Below, piece after piece: positions 20,605 through 30,001 of a stretch of 64,000 nucleotides of DNA. The DNA is taken from positions 1-64,000 of IMG/VR virus record IMGVR_UViG_3300029309_000009. One strand, given 5' to 3'. Under the pieces are notes generated by a model, which saw nothing but the letters and a program-made list of their open reading frames with translations, ran no database searches and had not been told where the DNA came from. Source of the DNA: an uncultured virus (IMG/VR IMGVR_UViG_3300029309_000009). Lineage: Duplodnaviria; Heunggongvirae; Uroviricota; Caudoviricetes. A program made the position numbers and the translations under genes. Each line of letters opens with the position of its first letter. Position 1 is the stretch's first letter.

Positions 20605-20845
20605 TTTTAATCCTCCAATATCTTATTCTTTTTTCCTTCCAAGTTCTACCCTGTATCTCTACCTTTTCGTATTTAGCAGGATGGTGGCATAGAAGTCCAG
20701 CCACTTGTCTATATGTTGGTATATTTTTAAATCCTAAATCTAATAATTCATCATATATTTCTCTTGTAGAGAGAGTCCTATTATCTTCTAAAATTTTTGT
20801 CATTAGTTCTAAACATCTTCCTGTATTTTCACCCATAATAATCAC
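20594..20845 (-). CDS. Small winged-helix DNA-binding protein
   Basis: LSTREIYDEL...PTYRQVAGLL...YWRI wHTH-like pattern. Confidence 0.5.
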   Translation of the reverse strand: MIIMGENTGRCLELMTKILEDNRTLSTREIYDELLDLGFKNIPTYRQVAGLLCHHPAKYEKVEIQGRTWKEKRIRYWRIKNEK

Positions 20846-21677
20846 TCAATTTATTCTGTTTAATTTTCTTTTTTGGTTTTCTAATTCTTTTTTCTCCAAG
20901 CCCCAACAGCCTACATTCACTATTATTCAATTTAGTCTTAGCCCATCGGGTAAAGTTTTCATCTTCACACAATTGAAGAAGTAGTCTTTCTTCTCCGGAT
21001 TTTAATCCTAATCTCCTACAAAGATATGGAACTTTGGAATAAGTTCCTCTCTTGGGAAAGGATGGTCTTGTGTAGTTTTTGCCTTGATAAGTATAGGCTA
21101 ACAGTTCGTAGAAATATCTCTGCGACCATCTTCTTCTGACTACACTATCTACAAATATTAATCTATTCGGATGAATATTTTCAACAAGCCAAGACATTAT
21201 TTGTGTGTCTGATGGCTTATTTATTTTTAGCATTTCAGCAATACTATCTCTATCTGAAACTTTAAGATAATCTAAAATCATACTAAACATATCTCTTTCA
21301 AACGAGAATGGTGCTTCACTTCTAGGAGCCAACTTTAGTATGTCATTTCTAAGATAAATATCAGAACCGGCTCTCTTGAACTTAACCATATTCTTAATAT
21401 CTTTAGGAATACTTTTTTGATTCAAAGAAGTCATTACTATCTGACCGCCATAGTTTCTTAGAACATTTAGAATCTGTTCTTTATTAGGCTTGTAATGTAA
21501 GTCTTCGATTATTATTCCCCTATCTCTAGGTATAGAATTAACATCGGGGATTTCTATTGTATTCGCATAATAAACAATAGGGTCATCAAACATTTCTTTT
21601 GCCATAGTTGTCTTGCCGCTCCCATGCTTACCTGTAATTACAATACTTCTATCTTTACTCATTGATGTAAGTCCCAT
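20829..21677 (-). CDS. RFC large-subunit-like (degenerate) clamp-loader ATPase
   Basis: GKHGSGKT Walker A, IIIEDL Walker B variant, WLVENI collar motif, C-terminal PIP-box-like QNKLSDYY. Confidence 0.65.
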   Translation of the reverse strand: MGLTSMSKDRSIVITGKHGSGKTTMAKEMFDDPIVYYANTIEIPDVNSIPRDRGIIIEDLHYKPNKEQILNVLRNYGGQIVMTSLNQKSIPKDIKNMVKFKRAGSDIYLRNDILKLAPRSEAPFSFERDMFSMILDYLKVSDRDSIAEMLKINKPSDTQIMSWLVENIHPNRLIFVDSVVRRRWSQRYFYELLAYTYQGKNYTRPSFPKRGTYSKVPYLCRRLGLKSGEERLLLQLCEDENFTRWAKTKLNNSECRLLGLGEKRIRKPKKKIKQNKLSDYYG

Positions 21678-22075
21678 TAAATCAATCCCTTTATTTTTAA
21701 TATTTCATCTAGTCCTTCTAGAGTTAGATGTTTTTTATTATACATTAATTCTATTATTGTTCTAAAATCTGACCATTGGTTTCTAGCATCGGCATATTCT
21801 AAAGGAATCATATCTGATATTATTTTCAATGACGATATTCTAGAAATAGTTAATATTGGTTTTTTCCTCAGTTTCGATTCTATTTCTCTAATATGAGAAG
21901 ATATTCCGACTTGCCATAAACTCCTAGAAACTTGATTAAGGAAAGGCATCTCCGCCCTAATTTGCAATTTAGGTTTTATTGTATAGCCCAAAGTGCTTCT
22001 ATAATCGCTTTCTACTCTTATCTCGCAATTAGCCAAACCAATAAAAACTCCTATCATTGTATCTTTACTAAACAT
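21677..22075 (-). CDS. Degenerate single-domain LAGLIDADG protein
   Basis: LAGLIDADG-like helix (IGVFIGLANC) lacking the acidic residue; typical KKHLTLEGLDEILKIK tail. Confidence 0.65.
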   Translation of the reverse strand: MFSKDTMIGVFIGLANCEIRVESDYRSTLGYTIKPKLQIRAEMPFLNQVSRSLWQVGISSHIREIESKLRKKPILTISRISSLKIISDMIPLEYADARNQWSDFRTIIELMYNKKHLTLEGLDEILKIKGLI

Positions 22076-22433
22076 TATTCTCTACCGCCTTTGCGTTTAT
22101 AAAATCACATTTTAATCTAATAAATTTAAAAAAGAACTCGCACGTTTCTTTGATGTATTCCGAAATATCTGTTTTGTCTTCCGGCAATACTATTGAAAGA
22201 TTAGTCCCTTGAAAGGTATTTAAGGCACTTGCTTCCTCCTCTCCTATTTCTTTTACAAATACGAAATGTAGGGGGTCTTCTTCCACTGCCAAGAGATGTA
22301 GGCTTATTCCTTTAGATAATAATTCGCAATGTTCTTCTGTTAAGTTGGGGCCAAAAACCATAAAACTAATTGTTGTCACAGTTCCATATTTTTCCATCCA
22401 TTCGCCAAGTTCGGGTTCTATCATATATATCAA
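22068..22433 (-). CDS. Hypothetical protein
   Basis: 121-aa ORF overlapping neighbours. Confidence 0.55.
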   Translation of the reverse strand: MIYMIEPELGEWMEKYGTVTTISFMVFGPNLTEEHCELLSKGISLHLLAVEEDPLHFVFVKEIGEEEASALNTFQGTNLSIVLPEDKTDISEYIKETCEFFFKFIRLKCDFINAKAVENNV

Positions 22434-23974
22434 AATCCTGCCATAGTTTGAATAACATCTGAAACAGTATTAATATCTACAACATATTTATCTTCTCTAA
22501 TTCTTACTACTCTTGGAAACCTCAAACCTAAGTTTCCTTTCTTATCTCTAGAAATCAAGTCTGCACTCACTTGCAAAACTATTTTAGGAACAAAATAATA
22601 TGTTCCCGATTTTACATCTTCTATCGTTGTTCTCAAACGATTTGTTAAAGATAGCATCTCTCTTTCAGAAAGACCTGTTCCAACAGAACCAATTCCTAAG
22701 AACCCATTTTCATCTTTTACGGCTATGTCAAAAGATGCAAAAAATCCCGACCTAGCCCCTTCTCCATATCTAGCAGAAGTAATTACAACATCTAAATCTA
22801 TTCTAGGAGGTTTATACTTAGCCCACCCTACACTTCTTTTTCCTGCTTCGTAAGGCAAACTATCGTCTTTGATAATGATGCCCTCAAATCCGTCATTGAT
22901 TGCTCTATTGTAAAATGCTAGAACATCTCCTCCTTTTTCCATTCTATGTGCTTGGTCGGGTAAGTCTTTCATTTTTACTAACCTTTCAGAATAAGGTAGG
23001 TTGATTAATGTTTCAAGTTCATATTTGAGACAATCAAATATTACCCATTTAACTTTGACCTTTTCTATTGCTTCTTCGTGGTTTTTAGAGTGAACTCTAG
23101 TTCCCATTAGTTTGTGTTCAGCAGGAGAACCATCTTCCTTTATTGGATATATCTCCCCATCTAGAATACATCTAAGAATAGGATATTGTTGCACTTTCTC
23201 TACCACATCTTGAAACTGAGGAGTGACTATATTCCCTTTGCGATTAAAGATAATTACATTGACTCCTTCTTTGTGAATCTGATACCTGTTACCATCATAC
23301 TTGTAATCCACTATTTTATTCTTAGGCCATTTATTCATAGGTAATTCTTTTGCAAGCATTGGCTTGACGAATTTTCCATGACTAAGATTAGTCGGTGGAT
23401 TTTCATTCATTTCATAATAAGTTATTAAAGTAGAAATATCATTAAAATTATTGTCGCTTTTGACTTCCTTTAATTTCTTATCATAAATCTTGGCTATCAT
23501 TTTTTGAACAGTTCCTACATTAATTCCATTTCTAGGAACCCTTAACCAATATCTGCAAAACCATTTTCTTTCTAAGGAAGACATATCTTTGAATAATTCT
23601 GAAAAGATAATATATTCTTCAGAAGAAATACCGCCACAATCCAAACTTAAAACATTTAAAAATCTGTTAAGTGGTATTTCCATTTCACTTTCTTTACTAT
23701 AATCTAAAGCCTCAGAAACATCTCCAATATCTTCAAGCGCATCATAGAAAGCATCTATCTCACTTTCAAAAATATTAAGACATTTGGCTATCCACTTTTT
23801 TGCTTTGGATATGCCTATATTATTAGAAGGATATTCCATCGCCAATATCTGAAACAATATTTTTTTATCGTTGGATTTGAACTTAGATATTTCATCGCTG
23901 ATTAACTTTATTTGATTAGTAGGCTTCTTATGTTCTAGAGCCTGTAATAATCTTGCCATCATCTTCATCGTCAT
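22430..23974 (-). CDS. lig: ATP-dependent DNA ligase
   Basis: PMLA, motif I YKYDGNR, LDGEI, FDCL, EGIIIK, WAKYK, LRFPR. Confidence 0.95.
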   Translation of the reverse strand: MTMKMMARLLQALEHKKPTNQIKLISDEISKFKSNDKKILFQILAMEYPSNNIGISKAKKWIAKCLNIFESEIDAFYDALEDIGDVSEALDYSKESEMEIPLNRFLNVLSLDCGGISSEEYIIFSELFKDMSSLERKWFCRYWLRVPRNGINVGTVQKMIAKIYDKKLKEVKSDNNFNDISTLITYYEMNENPPTNLSHGKFVKPMLAKELPMNKWPKNKIVDYKYDGNRYQIHKEGVNVIIFNRKGNIVTPQFQDVVEKVQQYPILRCILDGEIYPIKEDGSPAEHKLMGTRVHSKNHEEAIEKVKVKWVIFDCLKYELETLINLPYSERLVKMKDLPDQAHRMEKGGDVLAFYNRAINDGFEGIIIKDDSLPYEAGKRSVGWAKYKPPRIDLDVVITSARYGEGARSGFFASFDIAVKDENGFLGIGSVGTGLSEREMLSLTNRLRTTIEDVKSGTYYFVPKIVLQVSADLISRDKKGNLGLRFPRVVRIREDKYVVDINTVSDVIQTMAGF

Positions 23975-24380
23975 CTTTCTTCCCTTCTATTGTAAAATCT
24001 TTTTGCATTTTAGAAACAACCGCATTTGTTAGTTCATGGTTGATTCTAGGTATATTTTTAATCATATTATTTAGAGTCTCAACAATATCTTCTCTATCCA
24101 CACTCCTAGCCCCATCTGCTAGATATGCCAAATATGCTATCGTTATAGGTTGAGCAGTTTCATGCAACTGCATGGTATTCGTTCTCATTTCCCAATAAAA
24201 TATAAAAGAACCTTTCACTGCTACATTTGCACCTTTAGAAATAGAAGGCCATGATTCTTTGAACAGTTCTAAAACTTCAGTTTCATCAAGTCTTTTTTCT
24301 ATTGTCTTGGCCCATTTAGAAAACTCTTTTTCGTCATTGTATGCTTTTACAAGCGTGTCAATATCCAAATCATTCTTCAT
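23928..24380 (-). CDS. Hypothetical protein
   Basis: 150-aa ORF in operon. Confidence 0.55.
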   Translation of the reverse strand: MKNDLDIDTLVKAYNDEKEFSKWAKTIEKRLDETEVLELFKESWPSISKGANVAVKGSFIFYWEMRTNTMQLHETAQPITIAYLAYLADGARSVDREDIVETLNNMIKNIPRINHELTNAVVSKMQKDFTIEGKKDDDEDDGKIITGSRT

Positions 24381-24597
24381 TGTTATTCCTCTCCATCAAT
24401 ATTCTAGTTAGTATAGAATGGACTTTTATCGCCTCATCCATATTCATTCTTATTCCCTTTTTAGTCGGCTTATCATTTGAATACCATCTAAAATCTACAA
24501 CTTCTGTTTTCCAGTATTCACCGGAATATATCTGAATTTCATCAGTTGCATTTCTTACTATTCTTCCTTGTAATTTTAAATCACTCAATTCATCCAC
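24370..24597 (-). CDS. PC4/YdbC-like ssDNA-binding protein
   Basis: EYWK..VVDFRWY...KPTKKGIRM matches the PC4 signature (DIR.Y...PTKKGI). Confidence 0.75.
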   Translation of the reverse strand: MDELSDLKLQGRIVRNATDEIQIYSGEYWKTEVVDFRWYSNDKPTKKGIRMNMDEAIKVHSILTRILMERNNNEE

Positions 24598-25001
24598 CCC
24601 TGTTTAAATTTATCTAGTTCTGATTTAGAAATAAAGTATCTAGGAGTATCTAAAGCATCTAATCTATTTACTACCCAACATGCGCCACCTAAACTAGAAA
24701 TCTGAACTATCTCATATTGTCCTTCATCTAAATTTACTATTTCAGTTGTAGATACTTCGGGAACTAAACCATACATTCTAGTTAATTCTCCTGCAACTTC
24801 GTGTATATTATCACGAACATACTTTATGATGTGCGCTCTTTGAATCGGAATTTTAGGTGCAACTTTTATTTTTAATAAGCCCGTCATTTTACAAACACGA
24901 CATTTGTTTCCTTCACAAATAGGGCATTTAACTTCAGCCGCATGTGGAGCCGGTAGTGTCACTGTCACTGCTCTTTTTTTCAACTTTCTTCCTCCACACA
25001 C
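24585..25001 (-). CDS. Zinc-finger protein (DnaJ-type CxxCxG repeats)
   Basis: CPICEGNKCRVCKMTG. Confidence 0.6.
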   Translation of the reverse strand: MCGGRKLKKRAVTVTLPAPHAAEVKCPICEGNKCRVCKMTGLLKIKVAPKIPIQRAHIIKYVRDNIHEVAGELTRMYGLVPEVSTTEIVNLDEGQYEIVQISSLGGACWVVNRLDALDTPRYFISKSELDKFKQGWMN

Positions 25002-25184
25002 TTTTTACATTTGCCGAATCTTCTAGCATAATAACTAGTCATGTTCTTAGGACATACAGGACATTTCATTTCATTTCTCTCCTATCAACACTAAGAGTTC
25101 CGTCATCGTTCTTAATCAGAATAGTCATAGAACCATCCTCATAAACGATAGTCATCCTTACAATAGTTTTATCATCAAACATAA

Positions 25185-25514
25185 CTATTCCTCCTCCTCT
25201 AATAGTTTCTGAGCATATCTCATTGCTAAAGTAAACAGTGGTAATGTCTTATCTATTTGTTGTTTCTTTTTAGGATTATGAGTATAAAAACGAACCTTCG
25301 GATTAAAAGCATCTACTTTCTTATCATTTTCTTCCCAAAATAATTCTACTTTAAATTTGGAATTCATAAGCCACCAAGGATGTTCTTCGGTCCACTTATA
25401 CTTACTTAATTCTCTTTCTAATCTAAAGATTTCTTCCGACATTTTTTCTTCTCTATTATTCATATTTATTCCTCCCACTTTTTCTTGTAATGACTCTTTG
25501 TTTTGGGTTTCCAA
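25185..25514 (-). CDS. Hypothetical protein
   Basis: ORF in operon; likely start at MNNREEK. Confidence 0.5.
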   Translation of the reverse strand: METQNKESLQEKVGGINMNNREEKMSEEIFRLERELSKYKWTEEHPWWLMNSKFKVELFWEENDKKVDAFNPKVRFYTHNPKKKQQIDKTLPLFTLAMRYAQKLLEEEE

Positions 25515-25786
25515 GTGCCTTCTCTAATCGCCTTTTCTCTTGCTCGATTGTAGGCATTCTTTTTCTTGCGCCATTCTTCATTTTGCATGTTCTTTTTGTA
25601 ACGCTCCCTCTGCTCCTTACCTTTTGATTTCTCATGATGAGTTCTTGGTAAAGCGTTTAACCTCGTTAGTTCCTCAACTATCACATTAAAACTTCTTGTG
25701 AAGCCTCCGCTAGTGATTGCGGCAACCTTTATTGCATCAATCTGCAATTGCATTGCATCTCTTATCTCTTGACTATTCATATTCAT
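25466..25786 (-). CDS. Hypothetical basic protein
   Basis: Overlaps groEL stop; basic helical C-terminus. Confidence 0.5.
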   Translation of the reverse strand: MNMNSQEIRDAMQLQIDAIKVAAITSGGFTRSFNVIVEELTRLNALPRTHHEKSKGKEQRERYKKNMQNEEWRKKKNAYNRAREKAIREGTWKPKTKSHYKKKWEE

Positions 25787-27291
25787 TCCTCCAATAATAC
25801 TGCAACATCTGTTGTCAAGAATAATATTGCAATAGACATGGCAACAGTAAAACTGCTAATAGTAACTTTAGCAGGGTCAATAACTCCTGCGTTTGATAAA
25901 CATTCCATTTCTCTAGTTAGAGCATTGAAACCAAAAGTGTTGGGATAACCAAGTTGTATTGAATATAAGTCAAAGCCATTTGAAAGATATTTGATAGGTT
26001 GTAGCAACGAATCTGTTACAATACTTTCCAACTTAGAATCAATACTTCCCTCTAAAGGAACAGTAGCATTAGCAAGACCTAATCCTCCACCAACTATTAT
26101 TCCTCCCTCCAAAGCGGCTTTTGTTGCGTTAATCGCATCATCTAACCTTTCTTTAGTTTCTCTCATTTCTATACTAGAACCTGCCCCTACTGTAATTACT
26201 GCAACTCCTCCTTTGAGTCTACTCATTCTTTTTTGTAGTCTAAGTTTATCGTGGTTTGATTTTGATTCGTCATATCTTAATTTTAAAGAAGATACTCTAT
26301 CATCTACGTTTTCCTTTCCTCCAATCAAAACAGTAGAAGCCGAACTAATAGTAGCCTTTTCACAAGAGCCAAAATCTTCAAAGGACACAGTAGTAATATC
26401 ATCATTGTTTTCATCGCTGAATACTTTACCGCCCATTAGTGCAGAAATATCTCCTAACTCATCTAATTGTGCATCTCCAAAATTAGGAGCCTTTACAATA
26501 CAAGCCTGTATTCTTCCATCTACAATATTCATTACTGTGTTGTTAAGCGCAGAACCCTGTATTGCTTTTGCAAAGATTAGAATTGGTCTTCCTTTTGAAG
26601 AAGCAATTTCCAAAGCAGGAAGAATATCTGCAAAATTAATCAAGTGTTTATTAGTTGCTAGAATTAGAGGATTCTTCAATTCACAAATACCGGATGGGTC
26701 ATTTGCCATCAGATGACTAAAGTAACCTTCATCTATTTCTAATCCATCCGTAATTTCATAAGTAGTTTCTAATTGATTTCCTTCATTGACTGTAATAATT
26801 CCATCACGGCCAACAATATCAATAACTTCTGAAATTAGTTCTCCCATTGTTTTGTCATTGTTAGATGCAATAGTAGCGACATGTAGAATATTTTCATCTG
26901 TTACTTCTTTAGTTTGTTGGGCAATTCCATGTAGGACAATATCTCTAATCTTTTCTAAATTAGATTTAACTGTATGAATATCATCAATCTCATATTTAGA
27001 GAGACCATTACATAATGCTGCTGCGATTAAACAAGCAGTAGTAGTTCCATCTCCTGCATTTGATTGCGCTTTAGAAGCAATATTCTGAACTAACTTTATT
27101 CCCATACTAACATAAGGGTCGGGATGAGAAATATACTTTGCAATAGTTACACCATCATTGATAATAATTGGAGGATTACCTTGTAGAATTACATTACGTG
27201 CTTGTGGGCCTAATGTCGGTCTTACTGTATCTGCCACAAGATTAATTCCTTGTAGTAGTTTTTCTTTAACTTCTTCTCCAAATAAAATCAT
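25783..27291 (-). CDS. groEL: Group I chaperonin GroEL/Cpn60
   Basis: TLGP, INDGVTIA, AGDGTTTA, KAPNFGD, GGVAVITVGA, DDAINATKAA, GVIDPAKV. Confidence 0.95.
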   Translation of the reverse strand: MILFGEEVKEKLLQGINLVADTVRPTLGPQARNVILQGNPPIIINDGVTIAKYISHPDPYVSMGIKLVQNIASKAQSNAGDGTTTACLIAAALCNGLSKYEIDDIHTVKSNLEKIRDIVLHGIAQQTKEVTDENILHVATIASNNDKTMGELISEVIDIVGRDGIITVNEGNQLETTYEITDGLEIDEGYFSHLMANDPSGICELKNPLILATNKHLINFADILPALEIASSKGRPILIFAKAIQGSALNNTVMNIVDGRIQACIVKAPNFGDAQLDELGDISALMGGKVFSDENNDDITTVSFEDFGSCEKATISSASTVLIGGKENVDDRVSSLKLRYDESKSNHDKLRLQKRMSRLKGGVAVITVGAGSSIEMRETKERLDDAINATKAALEGGIIVGGGLGLANATVPLEGSIDSKLESIVTDSLLQPIKYLSNGFDLYSIQLGYPNTFGFNALTREMECLSNAGVIDPAKVTISSFTVAMSIAILFLTTDVAVLLEE

Positions 27292-27572
27292 TTAATCATC
27301 TCCATTAATTTTAGGTTGTGTTCAATTAGTTCAATAGTGCCGCTTCGTATATCGCCACCTGCTTCAATAGCCTCAAGACAAGTCTTTGCTATTCCACGCA
27401 ACCGCTTGACTTCGGCTAGAAGTTTTGGTGCGTCTGCTATGAGTTGTGCGTCTTGAATCGTAAGGTTAGATGCAACAATGCGATTTTCGGGTGGGGCTAC
27501 TGATAATACAGTGTTGCCGGAAACAACCCATTGCTGTATGTTTTCATAATCGTATTTGTCTGTGTCATTCAT
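27288..27572 (-). CDS. Hypothetical phage protein
   Basis: DAQLIADAPKLLAEV pattern common in phage ORFs. Confidence 0.55.
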   Translation of the reverse strand: MNDTDKYDYENIQQWVVSGNTVLSVAPPENRIVASNLTIQDAQLIADAPKLLAEVKRLRGIAKTCLEAIEAGGDIRSGTIELIEHNLKLMEMIK

Positions 27573-27799
27573 TCAATCACCCCATAAATATAATCCACAT
27601 CAATAATCCAATAGTCACTACTTTTGTAGGCGACCTTGTTAATATCAAAATGTATTTTATCTCCTACCTTTAGACCATTGGTAATTCCTTTAGTTCCCCA
27701 ATGAACAATACCTTTGTCTAAACTTTCACTTTTTATTCCGCTTGCGCTTTCTTCTGTTAATGGTAAAAAACCAATCCATTTTCCTATTGTTTTAATCAT
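27569..27799 (-). CDS. groES: Co-chaperonin GroES/Cpn10-like
   Basis: IKTIGKWI / EESASGI mobile loop / LKVGDKIHF / YWII...IYGVIE align by eye with GroES; one gene from groEL. Confidence 0.7.
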   Translation of the reverse strand: MIKTIGKWIGFLPLTEESASGIKSESLDKGIVHWGTKGITNGLKVGDKIHFDINKVAYKSSDYWIIDVDYIYGVIE

Positions 27800-28065
27800 T
27801 TCTTCTTCACCTTAAATTTATTATCTCTTGCAATTTGGCAACATACTCTAATCTTGCTTGTAGAGTGTAAATTCCAAAAATCTCCTTCTTTCCAACCAAA
27901 CTTTGCTTCAACATATTTACAAAGTTCTTTTCGATTCATATTATCAAATTCCTCATCTATCTGAATACCAAGAATAGGGCCACCTTCATTCTTTAGGAAT
28001 GAATCTAAGAATACATAGATTCTACCCATAAGAGCAATTGTTATTTTAAGCATCCACTGAATCAT
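27796..28065 (-). CDS. Hypothetical protein
   Basis: 89-aa ORF coupled by ATGA overlaps. Confidence 0.55.
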   Translation of the reverse strand: MIQWMLKITIALMGRIYVFLDSFLKNEGGPILGIQIDEEFDNMNRKELCKYVEAKFGWKEGDFWNLHSTSKIRVCCQIARDNKFKVKKK

Positions 28066-28508
28066 ATCATTTCACCTATCATTAGTTGTCTTTCTTCATT
28101 TTCCCAAATCCAATTCCTACCTCTTAGAGTATTGAACCAAAGTCCTCTTTCTTCTTTACCTAAAACAATTGCTTTTTTCATTAGGGGTCTCCAAGTGTCA
28201 ATAGTTTTCCAATCTATTCCACTCCAATATGCTTGACCAAAGGGATGAGTGTGAATCCAGCACTTAATAGGTAACTTCATTCCAACGGGATTTATTGTAA
28301 AATCTACATAGCCCGAAGTTCCCTTACTAATATGTAGTCTGTCATTTGAATCTATTACTACTTGAACTTCAAGATTAGGAAGATACTCAGTAGAGGCTTT
28401 CCATATTTCGTCTAAAAATTCATCAGTAACTTTAGGATTTAATTCCCAAGTAGAAACTATTCCAACTTTATAATCTGCATCGTTTTCATTTTCCATCATT
28501 TCGGTCAT
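28062..28508 (-). CDS. JAB/JAMM (MPN+) metallo-isopeptidase
   Basis: Upstream catalytic Glu (LEVQV) and HTHP-x5-S-x2-D (WIHTHPFGQAYWSGID) JAMM motif. Confidence 0.85.
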   Translation of the reverse strand: MTEMMENENDADYKVGIVSTWELNPKVTDEFLDEIWKASTEYLPNLEVQVVIDSNDRLHISKGTSGYVDFTINPVGMKLPIKCWIHTHPFGQAYWSGIDWKTIDTWRPLMKKAIVLGKEERGLWFNTLRGRNWIWENEERQLMIGEMI

Positions 28509-29059
28509 ACATTTACCACCTTAAAAAGCCCAACATCTTCATGATTAAACCATCTTTGAATCCATTCTGCTGCCATTCCTGCTATTGCTACTTGCATAAA
28601 ATGAACGCCTTTATTTGAACCATCCCAAGAATCTCCTTGACAAGAAAAACTTCCATCGGGGCCAGCAAGCATGGTCTCCCATTGTTCCGGATTAGAATCG
28701 GAACTAATAAACGCTGCATTACGGCCCTGCGCTCTCAAATCTAACCAAGAAACCTTTTCAGTTCTATACAGAGTTCTTCTAAGACTTAGATTATCTACAC
28801 AAGATACAACTAAATCATATCCTTTGATTTGTTTTGAAGTTCTTATAGCGTAAGGGATGTTCTTTACAGAATACCTTACTGCCATTACTGTTGATTTATT
28901 TACTCCAATATCTTCATCTTCATAATTCTGATAGGGAATATTTTTCTTCTCTACAATATCGGGGTCTGCTACTGTAATATCATACAATCCTGTTTTATAC
29001 AGTAGAGGGATAAGGAAACTTCCTATTCCACCTGCTCCAATAACTAATATTTTTCTCAT
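28505..29059 (-). CDS. E1-like (ThiF/MoeB/UbaA family) ubiquitin-like activating enzyme
   Basis: VIGAGGIGS, D.D.VE.KN..YQ, K, CVDN...R adenylation motifs; lone Cys in FSCQ; no CxxC Zn pairs. Confidence 0.9.
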   Translation of the reverse strand: MRKILVIGAGGIGSFLIPLLYKTGLYDITVADPDIVEKKNIPYQNYEDEDIGVNKSTVMAVRYSVKNIPYAIRTSKQIKGYDLVVSCVDNLSLRRTLYRTEKVSWLDLRAQGRNAAFISSDSNPEQWETMLAGPDGSFSCQGDSWDGSNKGVHFMQVAIAGMAAEWIQRWFNHEDVGLFKVVNV

Positions 29060-29239
29060 TCATACCACTTCCTTTTTGATTTAAATTCTACTCCACAATT
29101 TTCCATAATTCGCTTTACACTGTAAATTATTTCTTCCTTCGCTTTTTGGGTAGGCACATAACCTGTGCAACTACCTTCAAAATTCAATATATATTCAACT
29201 AAATAATTAGTCATATTTACATAATCTTTCTTTAGCAAC

Positions 29240-29437
29240 TTAATCTCTCCTAATTATTTCTTTAACTAACAACTCTTGATAGTTATCCATCCAACTACCT
29301 AGAACTTTACGGGCTTCTCTTGGATTCAGACCATATTGTTTCTGCAAATAAGGAGAAGCACCAAACATATTGGTTTTTCCGCTTTGTCGTAATTCTTCTA
29401 AATATACATAGTATTCAATCCATTCTTCATTTATCAT
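29240..29437 (-). CDS. Conserved small phage protein
   Basis: YLEELRQSGKTNMFGA motif recurrent in phage ORFs. Confidence 0.55.
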   Translation of the reverse strand: MINEEWIEYYVYLEELRQSGKTNMFGASPYLQKQYGLNPREARKVLGSWMDNYQELLVKEIIRRD

Positions 29438-29867
29438 TTTTATTCCTCTTTTTTATTTCTTCTATCTGTCTAGCATGTTTACGTGTTGTTATAGTCAAGT
29501 CTTCTTTGCTGTCTTCTAACTTGATAATTCTATTGTTAAGTTTAACAACCTGTAATTTCATTTCGGGCGCAATATTTTCAATCTCTTTTCTAATTGCATC
29601 TTTAATCTCGTTCTTAGTTTTTAACGAAACATACATATTGTTTAATCTACGCTCAAGCATTTCGACTTTATCTGTTACGTTTTTGAGTGAAACTTCTGTA
29701 TTCTGCAACAATCTAATAATTTCTCCTTTAGACATTTCTTCATAAGGTTGGGAAACCATAGCGTTACGATTTCTTCTTCTACAAGTTTGACAAATAGTTT
29801 CTCTTGATTTCAATGAAACTTTCATAAACCGACTTCCGCACCTTTTACAATCAACTGTATAACTCAT
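29427..29867 (-). CDS. Zinc-finger plus coiled-coil protein
   Basis: CKRCG...CQTC followed by heptad coiled coil; GGTGA SD. Confidence 0.6.
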   Translation of the reverse strand: MSYTVDCKRCGSRFMKVSLKSRETICQTCRRRNRNAMVSQPYEEMSKGEIIRLLQNTEVSLKNVTDKVEMLERRLNNMYVSLKTKNEIKDAIRKEIENIAPEMKLQVVKLNNRIIKLEDSKEDLTITTRKHARQIEEIKKRNKNDK

Positions 29868-30001
29868 TTTATCACCATCATATTTTTTGATAGGTTATCA
29901 TTCCTATCTTTCTATTATTTACTACTAAATAGATAATATCATTTTTAATTATTATTTCTGTTACATCATCTACATATTTACTAAGCCATTCTAATATTTC
30001 T

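Noticed and set aside
28505..29059. ThiF as a thiamine or molybdopterin auxiliary metabolic gene
   Set aside because: No other pathway genes nearby, Zn-binding CxxC pairs absent, and it is coupled to a JAMM protease; a sulfur-relay role is not excluded but is less parsimonious.
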